DNA from: a virus
Taxonomy: Duplodnaviria > Caudoviricetes
Strand: one strand, 5' to 3'
Length of the DNA stretch: 64,000 nucleotides
Virus record (IMG/VR): IMGVR_UViG_3300049793_000123
Location: 1,919-65,918 of that record
Positions within the stretch are counted from its first letter, which is position 1. Every line of letters starts with the position of its first letter. The notes beneath the pieces were generated by a model, which saw nothing but the letters and a program-made list of their open reading frames with translations, did not search any database and was not told where the DNA came from. This document shows positions 52,701-62,529 of this stretch, piece after piece. The translations under genes were made by a program, and so were the position numbers.

Positions 52701-55700
52701 CCATCGACTTTCTCACCGCGCCCGGCTCGCCCGTGGCCAGCAACGTAGGCAACGTTCTGGTGGCTGCATTAACCGATCCTGCGCTCCAAAAATCGCTGGG
52801 GGCACTTGGCTTCAAACTGTCGGTTCAAAACGCGGCTGTGAGCCTTGCAGAAGGCGCAACCACCGGTCGCCATGCCGCCTATGATCCTGTTACTGGCACG
52901 GTCTTGTTGGCGCTGGGTATCCGTGATGCCGAGGCTGGTCCGCACGAGTTGGCTCACCATCTGGAGACGTTGTTGCCACAAGCCGACCGGAAAGCCTTGG
53001 ACAATGCTCGTCAATCAGCGATCTCCAAGGAGCTTCGGCGTGCTGATCTTACTGCCGAACAGCGCGCTTTCCTTGAGGCGCTTCGGGCCGGTCAGAAATC
53101 CTCCGCTTGGTTCGATTCCCAGTTCCAATCCATTGGTCCAGCCATTGAGGAGTTCTACCCGCTGATTAACACCAGTGAGTTCTTCGCCAAAGGATTCTCG
53201 GAGCGGTATCTGAACCGGATCAACGCGACGCATCAAGAGCGCGGCCTGTGGGGGCGCATCAAGGAGATGCTGAAGCGGGTCTATGCGTGGCTGAAGGACC
53301 GCGTTGGACTGACCAGCGCGCAGGATGCCGCGTTCCAACGGCTGATCTCTGGTGATTTTGAGGTCACGGCTCGGAATGGGATGCTGTTTGACGATGGCGG
53401 GTTGTCTGGGTCGGCGTCCCACGTCTTCACTTCCTCGCAAGAAGTGGCTGACCGTGCGGGGGCCGTTGACCTCACGCCGGATCAGGTGGCTGGAATCTCG
53501 CGGGTGGCTCAGGCCCAGACCTCCATCGTTCCACAGGCTTTCACCGCGCAGCTGGATGCCCTGAATTCCGATACCTCCACGCCGGAAGGAGTGGCCAAGC
53601 GAGAACTGGGATACCTGTCGGATATTGGCAGCATCAATGCGGGTGTTCCGACGCCGCAGCAGTTGGCCACCATGCCAGCCAACACGGAGCAAGAGCTTCT
53701 GGAACGGGAATCGGCTGCTGACGCCGCGATCAGGCATTACCAAACGGTGGATGATATTCGCAGCGGTCTGTCCAATAAGATGCAGAAGGCATCGGAGGAA
53801 CTGGCCAAGGCGGTGAAGAAGATTCCGGCGCGCAACAAGGCGGAGGCTCAGGAAGCCATGCTGGCGGCTATGAGCGACCGGCTGTTGACTGGTTACAAGC
53901 AATACTTGGCGGATCAGGCGGCGTTGACGGCTCCCAATTCAACGATCCAAGGACAACGGAACGCGCTGTTGGAGGCGATGCAGCGTCGGGTGGCCGATGC
54001 CGAGATCACGCCGTCGTCCATCCGCAAGGCTCTTGAGGCGATCAGTCTTCACATCCCGGATGTTGTGCTGAATGCGGCCAAAGACCCGCACGACATTCTG
54101 GTGTGGGTTCAACAGAACCCCAACTTGCTCAATGGGGTTATATCCCAATCGGTGCAGGACTTCCTGACTGACACCATGGGCGGTCCCACGGGGCTCCAGT
54201 TTCAAGGCTTGGCGAATCCGACCAATCCATTTGGATCGCAGCAATACTTCATCACCAAGTCCCCCCTTGAATTCAAAGGCATCATCGAGCAGTTGAAAGG
54301 TATGCGCGCCTTGCGCCAACAGCAGGACGCCACGCTGAACTCGGTCAAGAATTTCAAGAGTTGGTTTTCCGGTGGTGGCAGGCCGACCGTAGTTGGCTCG
54401 GACGCCTTCGCCCGCGCCTACTACCGATACCGCTCCAAGCAAGAGAAGGCCGCTGCCATTGTATCGGCCATCGACAAGGACATCGCGCATTGGGACAACG
54501 AGATTCGCGGCCTGCTGCTTGCGGAGCAGCATTTGGACGCGCTGCGATCCACGCCTGAGTGGCAGGCTGGGCTGACACTGGCCTCCAATCTTGGTGACGT
54601 GATGATGCGGGATGTGGAGCGCGCCGACCCACGTACTGGTGTCACTGAATACATCGGTCCAATCACTGGCGAAAAATTCTACGTCAACCTGTCCCCGGAC
54701 GCCGATGTGGAAAACGAGAACATGACATCGCTCATGAAGCTCGTTGCTGAATTTGACCAATTCGCTGCTGACCCAAATTCGGACCCGGTGCGCAAGCGAG
54801 ATGCGGCGAAAAGAAGCGCATATTTGAAGCAGTACAAACTGCGCCCCGACTTCAACCCGGATGCCGGGACCATGGTGAATTACTGGGATGTTGGCCCTGG
54901 AGTGCAGGTGAAGATTGATCCCATTGGCACGTTTCGTCGTGTCCTTGGTGGCTTGCCATCGACCATGAACCACGAGCTGCGTTCGTTGGCAGGTCGTGCC
55001 GCCACCGACGCGCTGCAAGTGGCCCAGCAGGCCGATCAGATCGAGCAGTATTTGGAGACGCTCCAGAACAACGCGGATCACGGTGGTAAGGCCATCAACA
55101 TCGCGTCGGTTCAGGCGGCTCAGGCGCACGGTTACCAAGGCAACAAGGGTGTGTTGCTGTGGGAGCGAGACGTGCTCAACCCAATCCTTGCTTCAGGGCA
55201 GTCGTTTGGCTCTCCGGTGCTGAAGGTCGGAATGACCCTCCCCACATCGGGTAAAGTGGTTATCCAGTCCGACATTGATGCCATCGAGAAGATGAAGGCG
55301 TGGAACCGTGACGTGCTGAAGACTGCGCAAGGCGCTCCCGAGAGCCGCACCGCGCGATACTTCAACCCGGTCCAAGTGGTGGACGAGACTGGCAAGGTGA
55401 ACCGGAACGCTGTTGGTAGTGGAGTTTACACCATGGCTCGCGCTCCATCCCGGTGGGGTTTTGAATTCAGCCAAGAGTGGAAACGTGCTGGCAACGATCT
55501 CCAGCGTGTCGGGCTGCTGCGTGACCCGGTGAATTTTCAGCAAGCTGTCCTTGGCCGCATCGCTGAACAATCTTCCGAGTTCAACCAAGGCCGATTGGGT
55601 CCAGTGTTCGCGCAGATGGCGTCGGAGATGAAGAAGGGCCGTCGTTACAACACGATGGACGACGTGCTGGACGACATGGCTAACCGTATGGTTGCCGCGA

Positions 55701-58279
55701 GAATGGCACCCAATTACGCCACGGCGTTGAACGAGGCCAAGCGTGACTTGTTCTCGGCCATAAACAGCGATGTGGCAGCCATCGACAAAGTGTTTGGCGA
55801 TGCCAATAACAGCCACGACCGGAACCGACCTGACAGCCTGATCGACGTGGTGACCGCTGATAATTCTTTCACCAAGCCTCGCCAAGGATTGGTGGCCCCA
55901 TCCACCTATTTCGACTACTCGATGGCCCAGAATGGGCGCAGGGCTCAATTCACCAATAGCCTGCGCAATGTCATGCGGCTGCGCGAGGTCGAGGCCATGC
56001 AGGGCGTGCTGGCCCAATTCCGTTCAGCCAAGCTCGACTTCGACAACCGGATCAAGGCTTTGGAGATGCAGGGCAAGACGCCTGCGCAGGCACGTAAACA
56101 GGTGGGCAACGAGTCACGCGCAGAGCAACTGGCTGGCAAGCGCCATGTGGACCTCTACGAGTTGGAGAAGACCATCAAGTCGCTGGAGAGAATCTTGAGC
56201 GAGACGGAGCGCATCGCCTCCCTGCGTGATGACCATTTCGATGGGGCCTTGATCCAAGGACTGAACAAGACCCGCGCATTTCTTGGAACGAGCTTGCTGG
56301 CTACCGCTGGATCGTCGGCTCGTAACACCTTCGGGTCTGGATTGGTGCAGGCGACACTGAGCCGGATTCTGGGTCGTTCGTGGCACGAAATCCTGCGCAA
56401 TGTGGCGACGTTCGGAAGGCATATTGGAAAATCCTTGGCCCTGCAACTGACTCACGCTACCGTCGGAAATCCCAATCTTCATCGGATGCTCACACGGAAC
56501 GCCCCATTGCTCGCCAAGGTGACCAGCGGGATTGCGCAGTGGGCCAATCAATGGGAGAAGATTCAGGCGCAGATGGATGAGATCGGAGTGTCGCCAAACA
56601 CGCAGATCATGCAGGCCGTGAAGCTGCGCGGGATGCTGCCGGAGACCGGTGGAAAAATCACCACAGTTGAGCCGGGCGCGATTGCGAATCTGGCCACGGC
56701 CATTACCACGCTTCCAGGAATCAGAAAGTTCTCAGTAGGTGGAAGGGTGATTGGCGAAGGTGCTAAGGCCATCTTCCCGGGCTTCTTCGACCGCGCCATC
56801 AACGCTGGGGCAATGGCTTTCTGGAATGGCGAGGAGGCTGCGCTGAAGGCCAAGGCTTTTGAGGCTTTCGCGCGCAAGGAATCCATCAACGGCCCGGGCT
56901 GGGATGACCTGACCAGGGGTGACAACTTGCTCCAGCCGTCGGACCTTGGAACCAACCACCTCGGGATGAAGCAATGGCGCGACAACTTCGCCTCTGTTGG
57001 CCTGATGGATCGCGTGCTTTTGGACTGGTATAACAAAGTGAAGAACCTGCCTCCCGATCAGCGCGCCGCAGTGCCTATCCTCGCGCCCGAGGAAGAGGCT
57101 CAGGTTGCATTGGAGCATCTCAAGACCGTCAACGTCGGCACCGAGACCAATCGGCCCACGTTCAGCAAGGGTAGTGGAATTGGTGGAACGGTGCGCCAAG
57201 CACTGGGCCAATTCACCGGTTTCCCGTCCGAAATCCTGAACCTCATCAGCAGGCTGGAAAAGCGTGGAGGAAAGGACTCTGGAAACGCTGGTCGTTATGC
57301 CCTGCACATGGCTGTCCTGACGCTGCTGGCCATCATCATTGGTGGCGCAGGAAATGAGTTGGCCAAGTGGCTGAACCGGGCGACCACTGGCGAGGCAACG
57401 TCGGCGGTCGGGCTGGAGAACATCACGGACGCCAACACGGCGCTCCGCTGGCTGGCCACGGCGCTTGGAACGGTGGTGCCTGGCGTTGGTGAACCGCTCT
57501 CGCGCGTGCTTGGTGGCACGTCCAACAAGCCGCTGATGGACATCACCCAGTTGACCCCGTTGTTTGGTGCCACGGCGGACGCGGCGATGGCGTTGCAGAA
57601 GATCGCGCAGACACACGAGTTCGTTTACCCGGTGGCTGATTTTGTTCGGAGATGGGTGCCGTTGGCCAAGCCCGCGTTACTGTTGATTCCGGGAGCACTG
57701 GGAGACCAAGCCGCACGCAACGCCAACCGTGCCGTCACCGCCGCAGTGCCTCCTGAAATGGAACCGCGCAAGCAATCTGGAGGTGGAGCGCCGACGCAAA
57801 CTCCGATGACTCCAATTCTGCGCGATCTGATGGCCGCAGCCTACGCTGGAGATCAGCAACGTGTCGCCAGCCTGTATCAAGCGGCGGTGGAGGAGAAGCG
57901 CCACCAAGGCTCACCCGATCCAGAAGGCTCGGTCCTGTCGTCGATCCAGTCTCAAGTTCCGACCAGAAAAGTCTTAGGCCGAGTGCCAACCGCTGCCGAG
58001 GAGGCAACCATTCTATCGCGCATGTCAGGAACACAGCGGGCAGACTTTGAAAAGTCTCGCCGAGCGTTCGCGCTGCTTGAGCAAACTGTCGGCAAGTCGA
58101 TTGCATTTACGAAGCGAATTCGGCCGACGGCTACACGCGCTCGTTCGCGAGGCTTGTTGGGTGGCGGTCGGTCTGTGCTGGGGCGGCGTCGCCAATCGTT
58201 TCCACGGCTTCGGCTGGGATCAGGCCGGTCCCGGCGCACAGTGGGCACGGGACGGAAGAAGCGGCGGGAGTTGGTGTGA
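49772..58279 (+). CDS. giant (2835 aa) internal virion / polyvalent-type protein with ART-like and HExxH modules
   Basis: N-terminal IEGIGNVEF.D; G/A-rich helical region; FYRS...YVADD...GYDAI segment; HELAHH...SEFFA segment. Confidence 0.7.
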   Translation: MPQIAEIEGIGNVEFDDSFTPDQIADKVKNEVIPQFQRRKARLSQLTAERAQFENEQATRSPSLSDRMGAATIAALDQGPSEFLRQGYSILEAGSRPFSASDSQIFARKAQAARADVQRAAEEAQTLDPSATGRVAQTVASTATSSAPLMAASVVAPILAGPALAVKAAVGASALAGAGQSFGAVFNDAKNTYMEQGLSEDEAARRSYVPAIASGAWTGALTSAFGATGIQAIAKGFGKESAKATFIGILRNAAPEAVHEMSEEGLDQLGQGFVERLTFNPKKTIADIAEETLMAGLAGGLLGGGANVGFGLAGKASEAVDAGRTAFDQRRLATAFQNEEAATDQASAARALRMSDRSAVQALDPNRSAQYFAPRQTPVPGNSVETQRNFAQPGPASAPPSQGQMSFVLPDEVRAQMAQQLQTPNLVAEIAPPPVVMESLVAAAPTTEQSSAVAPPIAQPSTETAAVPVAETATTTPTQTAIANDLQDISGLRSEIQPRSTTQQEEPVAQTSQEAAPNRGIFQAQEAVQTPPAVANGVFYRSGITSSREGVTYVADDPTVAALFAEGGEFGRPGAKLETLRGNLKIFDSRSASPEETLHILGRKALKYVEPDGLLNFTGFEGDPSIRQRLQESGYDAIRISEGSNGNSIAVLNESFPKLSSGSNPPVVTTEQPHGFVSLVDFNSSALNPKVGTAFDVDLPDVSTPGNMVALEQRLLTGARQSSAQGSKRSITHKFLAVVDNNDGQVYLLPVYEDTKSGFANTVAPNAAGEPRGQRLSRVLGEKSAGDISEPRYEVLEGVRLKNPARTFPRTFTREEWSQIRSDALAEQEATTNKLVGDVEPAEGLIDTPTAAVVEAVIPPGHLAEHDLREIFRLYQQNPELKEFATAASPIIQAIEREERTVWEPATFAQQLNAVLNARPQTFDQFYDTFDPSGYAEWKERTIRSNRSKYAGGPPVSGTAIPQTPGLPTTFATPQEAIDFLTAPGSPVASNVGNVLVAALTDPALQKSLGALGFKLSVQNAAVSLAEGATTGRHAAYDPVTGTVLLALGIRDAEAGPHELAHHLETLLPQADRKALDNARQSAISKELRRADLTAEQRAFLEALRAGQKSSAWFDSQFQSIGPAIEEFYPLINTSEFFAKGFSERYLNRINATHQERGLWGRIKEMLKRVYAWLKDRVGLTSAQDAAFQRLISGDFEVTARNGMLFDDGGLSGSASHVFTSSQEVADRAGAVDLTPDQVAGISRVAQAQTSIVPQAFTAQLDALNSDTSTPEGVAKRELGYLSDIGSINAGVPTPQQLATMPANTEQELLERESAADAAIRHYQTVDDIRSGLSNKMQKASEELAKAVKKIPARNKAEAQEAMLAAMSDRLLTGYKQYLADQAALTAPNSTIQGQRNALLEAMQRRVADAEITPSSIRKALEAISLHIPDVVLNAAKDPHDILVWVQQNPNLLNGVISQSVQDFLTDTMGGPTGLQFQGLANPTNPFGSQQYFITKSPLEFKGIIEQLKGMRALRQQQDATLNSVKNFKSWFSGGGRPTVVGSDAFARAYYRYRSKQEKAAAIVSAIDKDIAHWDNEIRGLLLAEQHLDALRSTPEWQAGLTLASNLGDVMMRDVERADPRTGVTEYIGPITGEKFYVNLSPDADVENENMTSLMKLVAEFDQFAADPNSDPVRKRDAAKRSAYLKQYKLRPDFNPDAGTMVNYWDVGPGVQVKIDPIGTFRRVLGGLPSTMNHELRSLAGRAATDALQVAQQADQIEQYLETLQNNADHGGKAINIASVQAAQAHGYQGNKGVLLWERDVLNPILASGQSFGSPVLKVGMTLPTSGKVVIQSDIDAIEKMKAWNRDVLKTAQGAPESRTARYFNPVQVVDETGKVNRNAVGSGVYTMARAPSRWGFEFSQEWKRAGNDLQRVGLLRDPVNFQQAVLGRIAEQSSEFNQGRLGPVFAQMASEMKKGRRYNTMDDVLDDMANRMVAARMAPNYATALNEAKRDLFSAINSDVAAIDKVFGDANNSHDRNRPDSLIDVVTADNSFTKPRQGLVAPSTYFDYSMAQNGRRAQFTNSLRNVMRLREVEAMQGVLAQFRSAKLDFDNRIKALEMQGKTPAQARKQVGNESRAEQLAGKRHVDLYELEKTIKSLERILSETERIASLRDDHFDGALIQGLNKTRAFLGTSLLATAGSSARNTFGSGLVQATLSRILGRSWHEILRNVATFGRHIGKSLALQLTHATVGNPNLHRMLTRNAPLLAKVTSGIAQWANQWEKIQAQMDEIGVSPNTQIMQAVKLRGMLPETGGKITTVEPGAIANLATAITTLPGIRKFSVGGRVIGEGAKAIFPGFFDRAINAGAMAFWNGEEAALKAKAFEAFARKESINGPGWDDLTRGDNLLQPSDLGTNHLGMKQWRDNFASVGLMDRVLLDWYNKVKNLPPDQRAAVPILAPEEEAQVALEHLKTVNVGTETNRPTFSKGSGIGGTVRQALGQFTGFPSEILNLISRLEKRGGKDSGNAGRYALHMAVLTLLAIIIGGAGNELAKWLNRATTGEATSAVGLENITDANTALRWLATALGTVVPGVGEPLSRVLGGTSNKPLMDITQLTPLFGATADAAMALQKIAQTHEFVYPVADFVRRWVPLAKPALLLIPGALGDQAARNANRAVTAAVPPEMEPRKQSGGGAPTQTPMTPILRDLMAAAYAGDQQRVASLYQAAVEEKRHQGSPDPEGSVLSSIQSQVPTRKVLGRVPTAAEEATILSRMSGTQRADFEKSRRAFALLEQTVGKSIAFTKRIRPTATRARSRGLLGGGRSVLGRRRQSFPRLRLGSGRSRRTVGTGRKKRRELV

Positions 58280-58559
58280 TGAGCCACCGGCGTTCAGCCT
58301 CACGACGCAACGCCTCGTAAGCAGGGCCGAACACGCCAACCTTATCGCACTCAGCCATCGTGCGCAGGATGGCAGTCTCCTCGTCGGTGAGCGTTGGTGG
58401 TTCGGTCTCAACGCGGAATTCATCCTCGTGGCAGTCATACCGCCACCCATGACGGTCGGCGATTAACCATCCGTTTCGACTTCTGGCGCACACGCGGCCA
58501 GATTTTCCATACATCCCGGACAGCACGACGGAATACCACTTACCTATTTCGATTGTCAT
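58131..58559 (-). CDS. hypothetical protein
   Basis: Last ORF of the leftward block; 3' end overlaps the giant gene antisense. Confidence 0.45.
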   Translation of the reverse strand: MTIEIGKWYSVVLSGMYGKSGRVCARSRNGWLIADRHGWRYDCHEDEFRVETEPPTLTDEETAILRTMAECDKVGVFGPAYEALRREAERRWLITPTPAASSVPCPLCAGTGLIPAEAVETIGDAAPAQTDRHPTSLANERV

Positions 58560-58761
58560 ATTCAGGGCGGTAAACATTTGAGGTCATGTGCCACATCCCG
58601 CAGTCGTCGCATTTGTAGGCCCCCAATTCGCCGCCGGGTTGAATAACCTTCCCGGCGGCGATCAACGCTTGGGTGTGCGACTGAAATTTCACCTTGCCAC
58701 TGTCCTCGCAACGCCTTGGTGTGGGCTTGTCGCGCGTGGCGTGGTTGCGTTTTTGGCGCAT
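58540..58761 (-). CDS. small Zn-finger protein
   Basis: C...GK.KF.S...A; AYKCDDCGMWHMTS. Confidence 0.7.
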   Translation of the reverse strand: MRQKRNHATRDKPTPRRCEDSGKVKFQSHTQALIAAGKVIQPGGELGAYKCDDCGMWHMTSNVYRPEYDNRNR

Positions 58762-58775
58762 GGTGAAACACGGCT

Positions 58776-59669
58776 CTATTGGATGGGGAACGGAAGCGTT
58801 TGACACACAAAGCCGCACGCTCCACGGTGGCCACCACCGCCATGCTTCTTAGCGATCTCGGAGAGGTCCAAATCCTTGCGGTGGTTGGCATGGTAAAGTG
58901 ACACCATCCACTTCTTTCCGTCGAACCTGAAACCCAGCAGCGCATCGTGTCCGGTCTCCGGGTTGTCCTTGGCAGCGAACAGGAGCGAGTTGAATCGAGC
59001 GTGATTGACGCACAGGAATTTCAACCCCTCCCACTCCATCACCCAAGTGAGGTCATTGCAAATCCCAGCATCAACCGCCTTGGCGTAACGCTGGGCAATG
59101 CGACCGCTTTCGATCACCCCATAAACCACATCCTTGGTCAGAAGCAGAGTGCCGAGCAGTGAAGGATCATCCAATTCTTCAGCCTTCAGTCCGTATTGGA
59201 ATGTCTCGGCGTCCGGGTCGCGCTTGTCCCAAATGTCGTACTCGCCAGCCAACCGGATTGCGTGCGGCTCAGACACCTTGCGATCAATGAAGTCCTGCTT
59301 GCCGGGCAGTGGAACCTGAAGTTGCTCGTTGGTTCGGTTCTGCGCGTTGTGCTCGCCAATGGAGAACCACTGCCACGCTAGCCGACAAGCGGCCACGCCG
59401 TCAATTTGGTAGCCGTGCAGGCTCGGGAACTGGTCAATACTGGTGGCGTGATGGTCGATCCATACGATGTTGTGAAGGGACCGCCCGGTGATGCAGGTTG
59501 GTGGCAAGTCCATCACCACCACATGATCGTAACCAGAGGCGTCGATTTGAGGCTGTCCAAAGTTCCACCCGATCAAGGTGGCATTGGGAAGAAATTTTGA
59601 GGCGACCTCTCGACAGAAGATGCCATCGTAGTCCGCGCTGTGATAAACCGCGAGTGTTTTTGGGGTCAT
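58776..59669 (-). CDS. DHH/DHHA1-family phosphoesterase
   Basis: YHSADYDG, WIDHH, YDIW, SLY, GGGGHRGACGF. Confidence 0.88.
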   Translation of the reverse strand: MTPKTLAVYHSADYDGIFCREVASKFLPNATLIGWNFGQPQIDASGYDHVVVMDLPPTCITGRSLHNIVWIDHHATSIDQFPSLHGYQIDGVAACRLAWQWFSIGEHNAQNRTNEQLQVPLPGKQDFIDRKVSEPHAIRLAGEYDIWDKRDPDAETFQYGLKAEELDDPSLLGTLLLTKDVVYGVIESGRIAQRYAKAVDAGICNDLTWVMEWEGLKFLCVNHARFNSLLFAAKDNPETGHDALLGFRFDGKKWMVSLYHANHRKDLDLSEIAKKHGGGGHRGACGFVCQTLPFPIQ

Positions 59670-59682
59670 ATTTGTTGTGATT

Positions 59683-59948
59683 TCAGATGGGTTTGCGACC
59701 AACGAAAAGAATACTGTAATCCCGAATCTGATCGCCATTCTTACCAACCCCGTGCGCGCAGTCGGTCAGCTCGTCCTTCAGCACCTCAAGGCCGAGGCCA
59801 GGGGCGTAGGTGGACAGCTCGCCCACGTAGCCCTCGTGCCGGTGCGCGCAGTTCGGTGGCTGGCCTTTGCGCAGGGCCTCGCGCCAGAGGCCGCGACGTG
59901 GCTGCCGAGGAACCCGGCGATGCCGGTGATGAGAACGGTTTTGCTCAT
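59683..59948 (-). pseudogene. chimeric remnant: NAD-dependent epimerase N-terminus joined out of frame to another gene's C-terminus
   Basis: MSKTVLITGIAGFLGSHVA (TGxxGxxG) ends at ~59890; another frame reads LWREALRKG...GLEVLKDE...YSILFVGRKPI*. Confidence 0.6.
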
Positions 59949-60142
59949 GGTGTGTTCAAGGCTGTGATTGAAGCGTCGGCAATCGCCTTGGCCTCTTGAA
60001 TCGTGGTCTCGTAATCGCCGTATGCCGTTCCAGCCATCAGCAGCCCTTGGAGGGCTTGCGCGAATAGCCACTCGCGCTTGGTGAGCCCGTAGGCAGTTGT
60101 GGCATAAACCGGATCACCCGGTCTGGTTGGTGTGACATTCAT
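59945..60142 (-). CDS. small phage protein of the 'G(M/L)T.R(D/E)..A' family
   Basis: YGLTKREWLFAQALQGL...A.AIADA.I.AL. Confidence 0.7.
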   Translation of the reverse strand: MNVTPTRPGDPVYATTAYGLTKREWLFAQALQGLLMAGTAYGDYETTIQEAKAIADASITALNTP

Positions 60143-62529
60143 GTTTTCTCGTGGATTAATGGCAGATATTTTTCACTCCAGAAAGGATAGACAGCGCCCT
60201 CGAAAGCCAGTTCAAGGTTGCGGATCGAGAACTGCTTAACCAGTTCGGAGTCCCCATCTTGGTGGAGGTGGACATGTTGAGGATAGAACCATTCACTCTC
60301 CACCAGCGCAATATCCTTCAAGCATGGCAGGCAGATGTCTTGGGCGTGCGGGAAGTTCACCACGACAACGCACTTGCAACCAACCGCCGTGGCAATGTGC
60401 ATGGGGCCGCTCATGATGCCGATGAACCACTCGCACTGTTCCAACTCGACCACCAGAGACGCCACCGATGCGCGCGGTGCCGTGGCATTGCGGACGCCTC
60501 GAAGGCCGCTGGGCTTGCGACCAACCTCAACGAACTCCATGTCGTAGCCGTGGCGGCTAATGAACTCCTGAATCACGGCCATGTGGGTGGAATAAATCTG
60601 GCGTGCCCGGCAGTGCAGATTGTCACGCTGCCAATCAGCGAACCGGCCAGCCTCCAAATGGATGGCGCATCGGCCACGCTTCCGGCGTGACGGGTTGTGG
60701 GCGATGTGCGGGGATGGAACTAAACTGGGATTCAATCCAAAGGCCCGCTGCAACCGCTGGGTGAAATGGCCATTCCCCATGTCGAAGGTGGTCTGCAAGT
60801 AATCAGCGGACACCAGCGGCTCGCCCGAATAGGTCTTGTTCCACCCATTGATGGAGCAAATCTCGCCGAAGATCGTGGACGGGTGCCACGTCGAGCGTGA
60901 CACTCCATCCGCCCGAGCCGCCTCTTGCTGCGCCGTGAGGATGGCAATATCTCCGAGGCCAAGCGCGTTGTTGCTCAGGGCGTGCTTCGAGAAGTCTATC
61001 AGGGCGTGCTTTTGCGCGCGTTGCAGCCGCCGGTAATGGCGCAAGATCAAATCCTCAACCCCAACCGGAGTCGCCCGGATCATAATAGCTGGCGCGGCGG
61101 CAGCCAGTGGCTTGTTGTGGCTCGCCGTGTTGGTAGAAGACGGGTGGCACTCGTGGTAAATCAACCCGTCAAACCGCGCCTTTGGCTCAAAAGCCTCCAT
61201 GATCCGGCGCAGCACACGGTCCCACTCCACGTCGCCCACGATAAAGTCAGGCACTTGGTCGCGATGGCCCAGCCACCACGCTTTGGTGCAGCAGAACAGG
61301 TCGCACCCGTCGTACGGGATTCCAGTCTCAACAGCATCCCGAATCCGCATGGTTGGGACTGGTGCCATGAAATCCCGACGGAACGAATAGAGGCAGTCCT
61401 GCGCCGCCAAGGTCTGCGCAATCTTGGTGGCCGTGTCCGAGCAAAACGCCACGTCCGAATTGCTGTAAACGATTACATCGTCGTCGCCGCACATGGCTGC
61501 GGCTTGATCGAAGATGTCGCGCAGGAATGGTTTCCCTGCGACGCTTCGCTCTGGCTTCAACTCCAGCTTCAACCACGCCTGGTGCTTGTGAGACTTTGGC
61601 CATGTCTGCCACGCGCGGCGGTGGCGCTCGACTTCCCGCTGGTCATCTGGTGTGTGGCACGGGGTAGCGTGAGCGAAGATGCGCGGCCTGATAATCCGAC
61701 TTACAACCTTATTGATCCACGCCAGATCAATCGCACGCTTGTAAGGCTGCTTCCAAACCACGTTGCAGCGCGTCTCCGTGCCGCTCCACGGCGGGTAAAG
61801 ATCGGAGATGAACGCCACCACCGGAACCTGCGAGGCGACTGCCAAGTGAAGCGTGGAGGTGTCCACGGTGATTAACAGGTCGGCACTGTCCATTAGCCCG
61901 AGCAGGTCGATCACCGTGCGAGCCCTAATAAGCGTCAGGTTGACCAGATTCACGCCACCGCAAATGCATTTCACCAAGGTTGTAAGTTCGTCGGACTTCT
62001 CAAATGGAGACGAATGGCTGGCAATGGCCAAGAGGACGTTTGGACAGTTCGGCTGGATGTGTTTTGAGACCAGCGCGGACTCGGCCCACGACAGGCGTTT
62101 GTCCAGCACGAGCGGCAGCTTGCCCCACAGCCCGAGGTAACCCGCCGCCCGCCACGACTCCATTGCGAAGCTGGTGGTCTGCCGGTCCAACATGTGGTCC
62201 TTGGCGGCAGGCTGCGTCACGAACACTTGATTAAACCGCGCCTCGGCCCAGCGCACAGCGGGCTTCACCACGTCATACGGCCCATCCCAAACCAGCAGGT
62301 TGTAGTAGCTGGCCCAAAGCTCAATGTCCTTGAACTGCTTCGCCACAAGCAGGCTTGGTTTGATGCCGGTGGTGTCGAACCAGTACTTCAGGATGGGCAG
62401 CAAGTTCAGAATGTCGCCATAGCGGCCAAGCTGCACAAAGCAGACCTCGTTATAGCGCACTGGAGGCAACGATGGAGCGGGCTGTATCGGGGTGACGGTT
62501 TGCGGGATCATGATTGAATTGTGGCCCAA
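60139..62529 (-). CDS. multidomain glycosyltransferase (GT9-like + GT-A-like + GT9-like)
   Basis: LGRYGDILNLLP...ITVDTSTLHLA; P.LRDI...YSNSDV; GLGDIA...FIGIMSGPMHIATAVG. Confidence 0.75.
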   Translation of the reverse strand: MGHNSIMIPQTVTPIQPAPSLPPVRYNEVCFVQLGRYGDILNLLPILKYWFDTTGIKPSLLVAKQFKDIELWASYYNLLVWDGPYDVVKPAVRWAEARFNQVFVTQPAAKDHMLDRQTTSFAMESWRAAGYLGLWGKLPLVLDKRLSWAESALVSKHIQPNCPNVLLAIASHSSPFEKSDELTTLVKCICGGVNLVNLTLIRARTVIDLLGLMDSADLLITVDTSTLHLAVASQVPVVAFISDLYPPWSGTETRCNVVWKQPYKRAIDLAWINKVVSRIIRPRIFAHATPCHTPDDQREVERHRRAWQTWPKSHKHQAWLKLELKPERSVAGKPFLRDIFDQAAAMCGDDDVIVYSNSDVAFCSDTATKIAQTLAAQDCLYSFRRDFMAPVPTMRIRDAVETGIPYDGCDLFCCTKAWWLGHRDQVPDFIVGDVEWDRVLRRIMEAFEPKARFDGLIYHECHPSSTNTASHNKPLAAAAPAIMIRATPVGVEDLILRHYRRLQRAQKHALIDFSKHALSNNALGLGDIAILTAQQEAARADGVSRSTWHPSTIFGEICSINGWNKTYSGEPLVSADYLQTTFDMGNGHFTQRLQRAFGLNPSLVPSPHIAHNPSRRKRGRCAIHLEAGRFADWQRDNLHCRARQIYSTHMAVIQEFISRHGYDMEFVEVGRKPSGLRGVRNATAPRASVASLVVELEQCEWFIGIMSGPMHIATAVGCKCVVVVNFPHAQDICLPCLKDIALVESEWFYPQHVHLHQDGDSELVKQFSIRNLELAFEGAVYPFWSEKYLPLIHEKT

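Noticed and set aside
49772-58279. N4-like virion RNA polymerase
   Set aside because: I could not identify T7-type or double-psi-barrel (DxDGD) polymerase motifs by eye; a structure search is needed.
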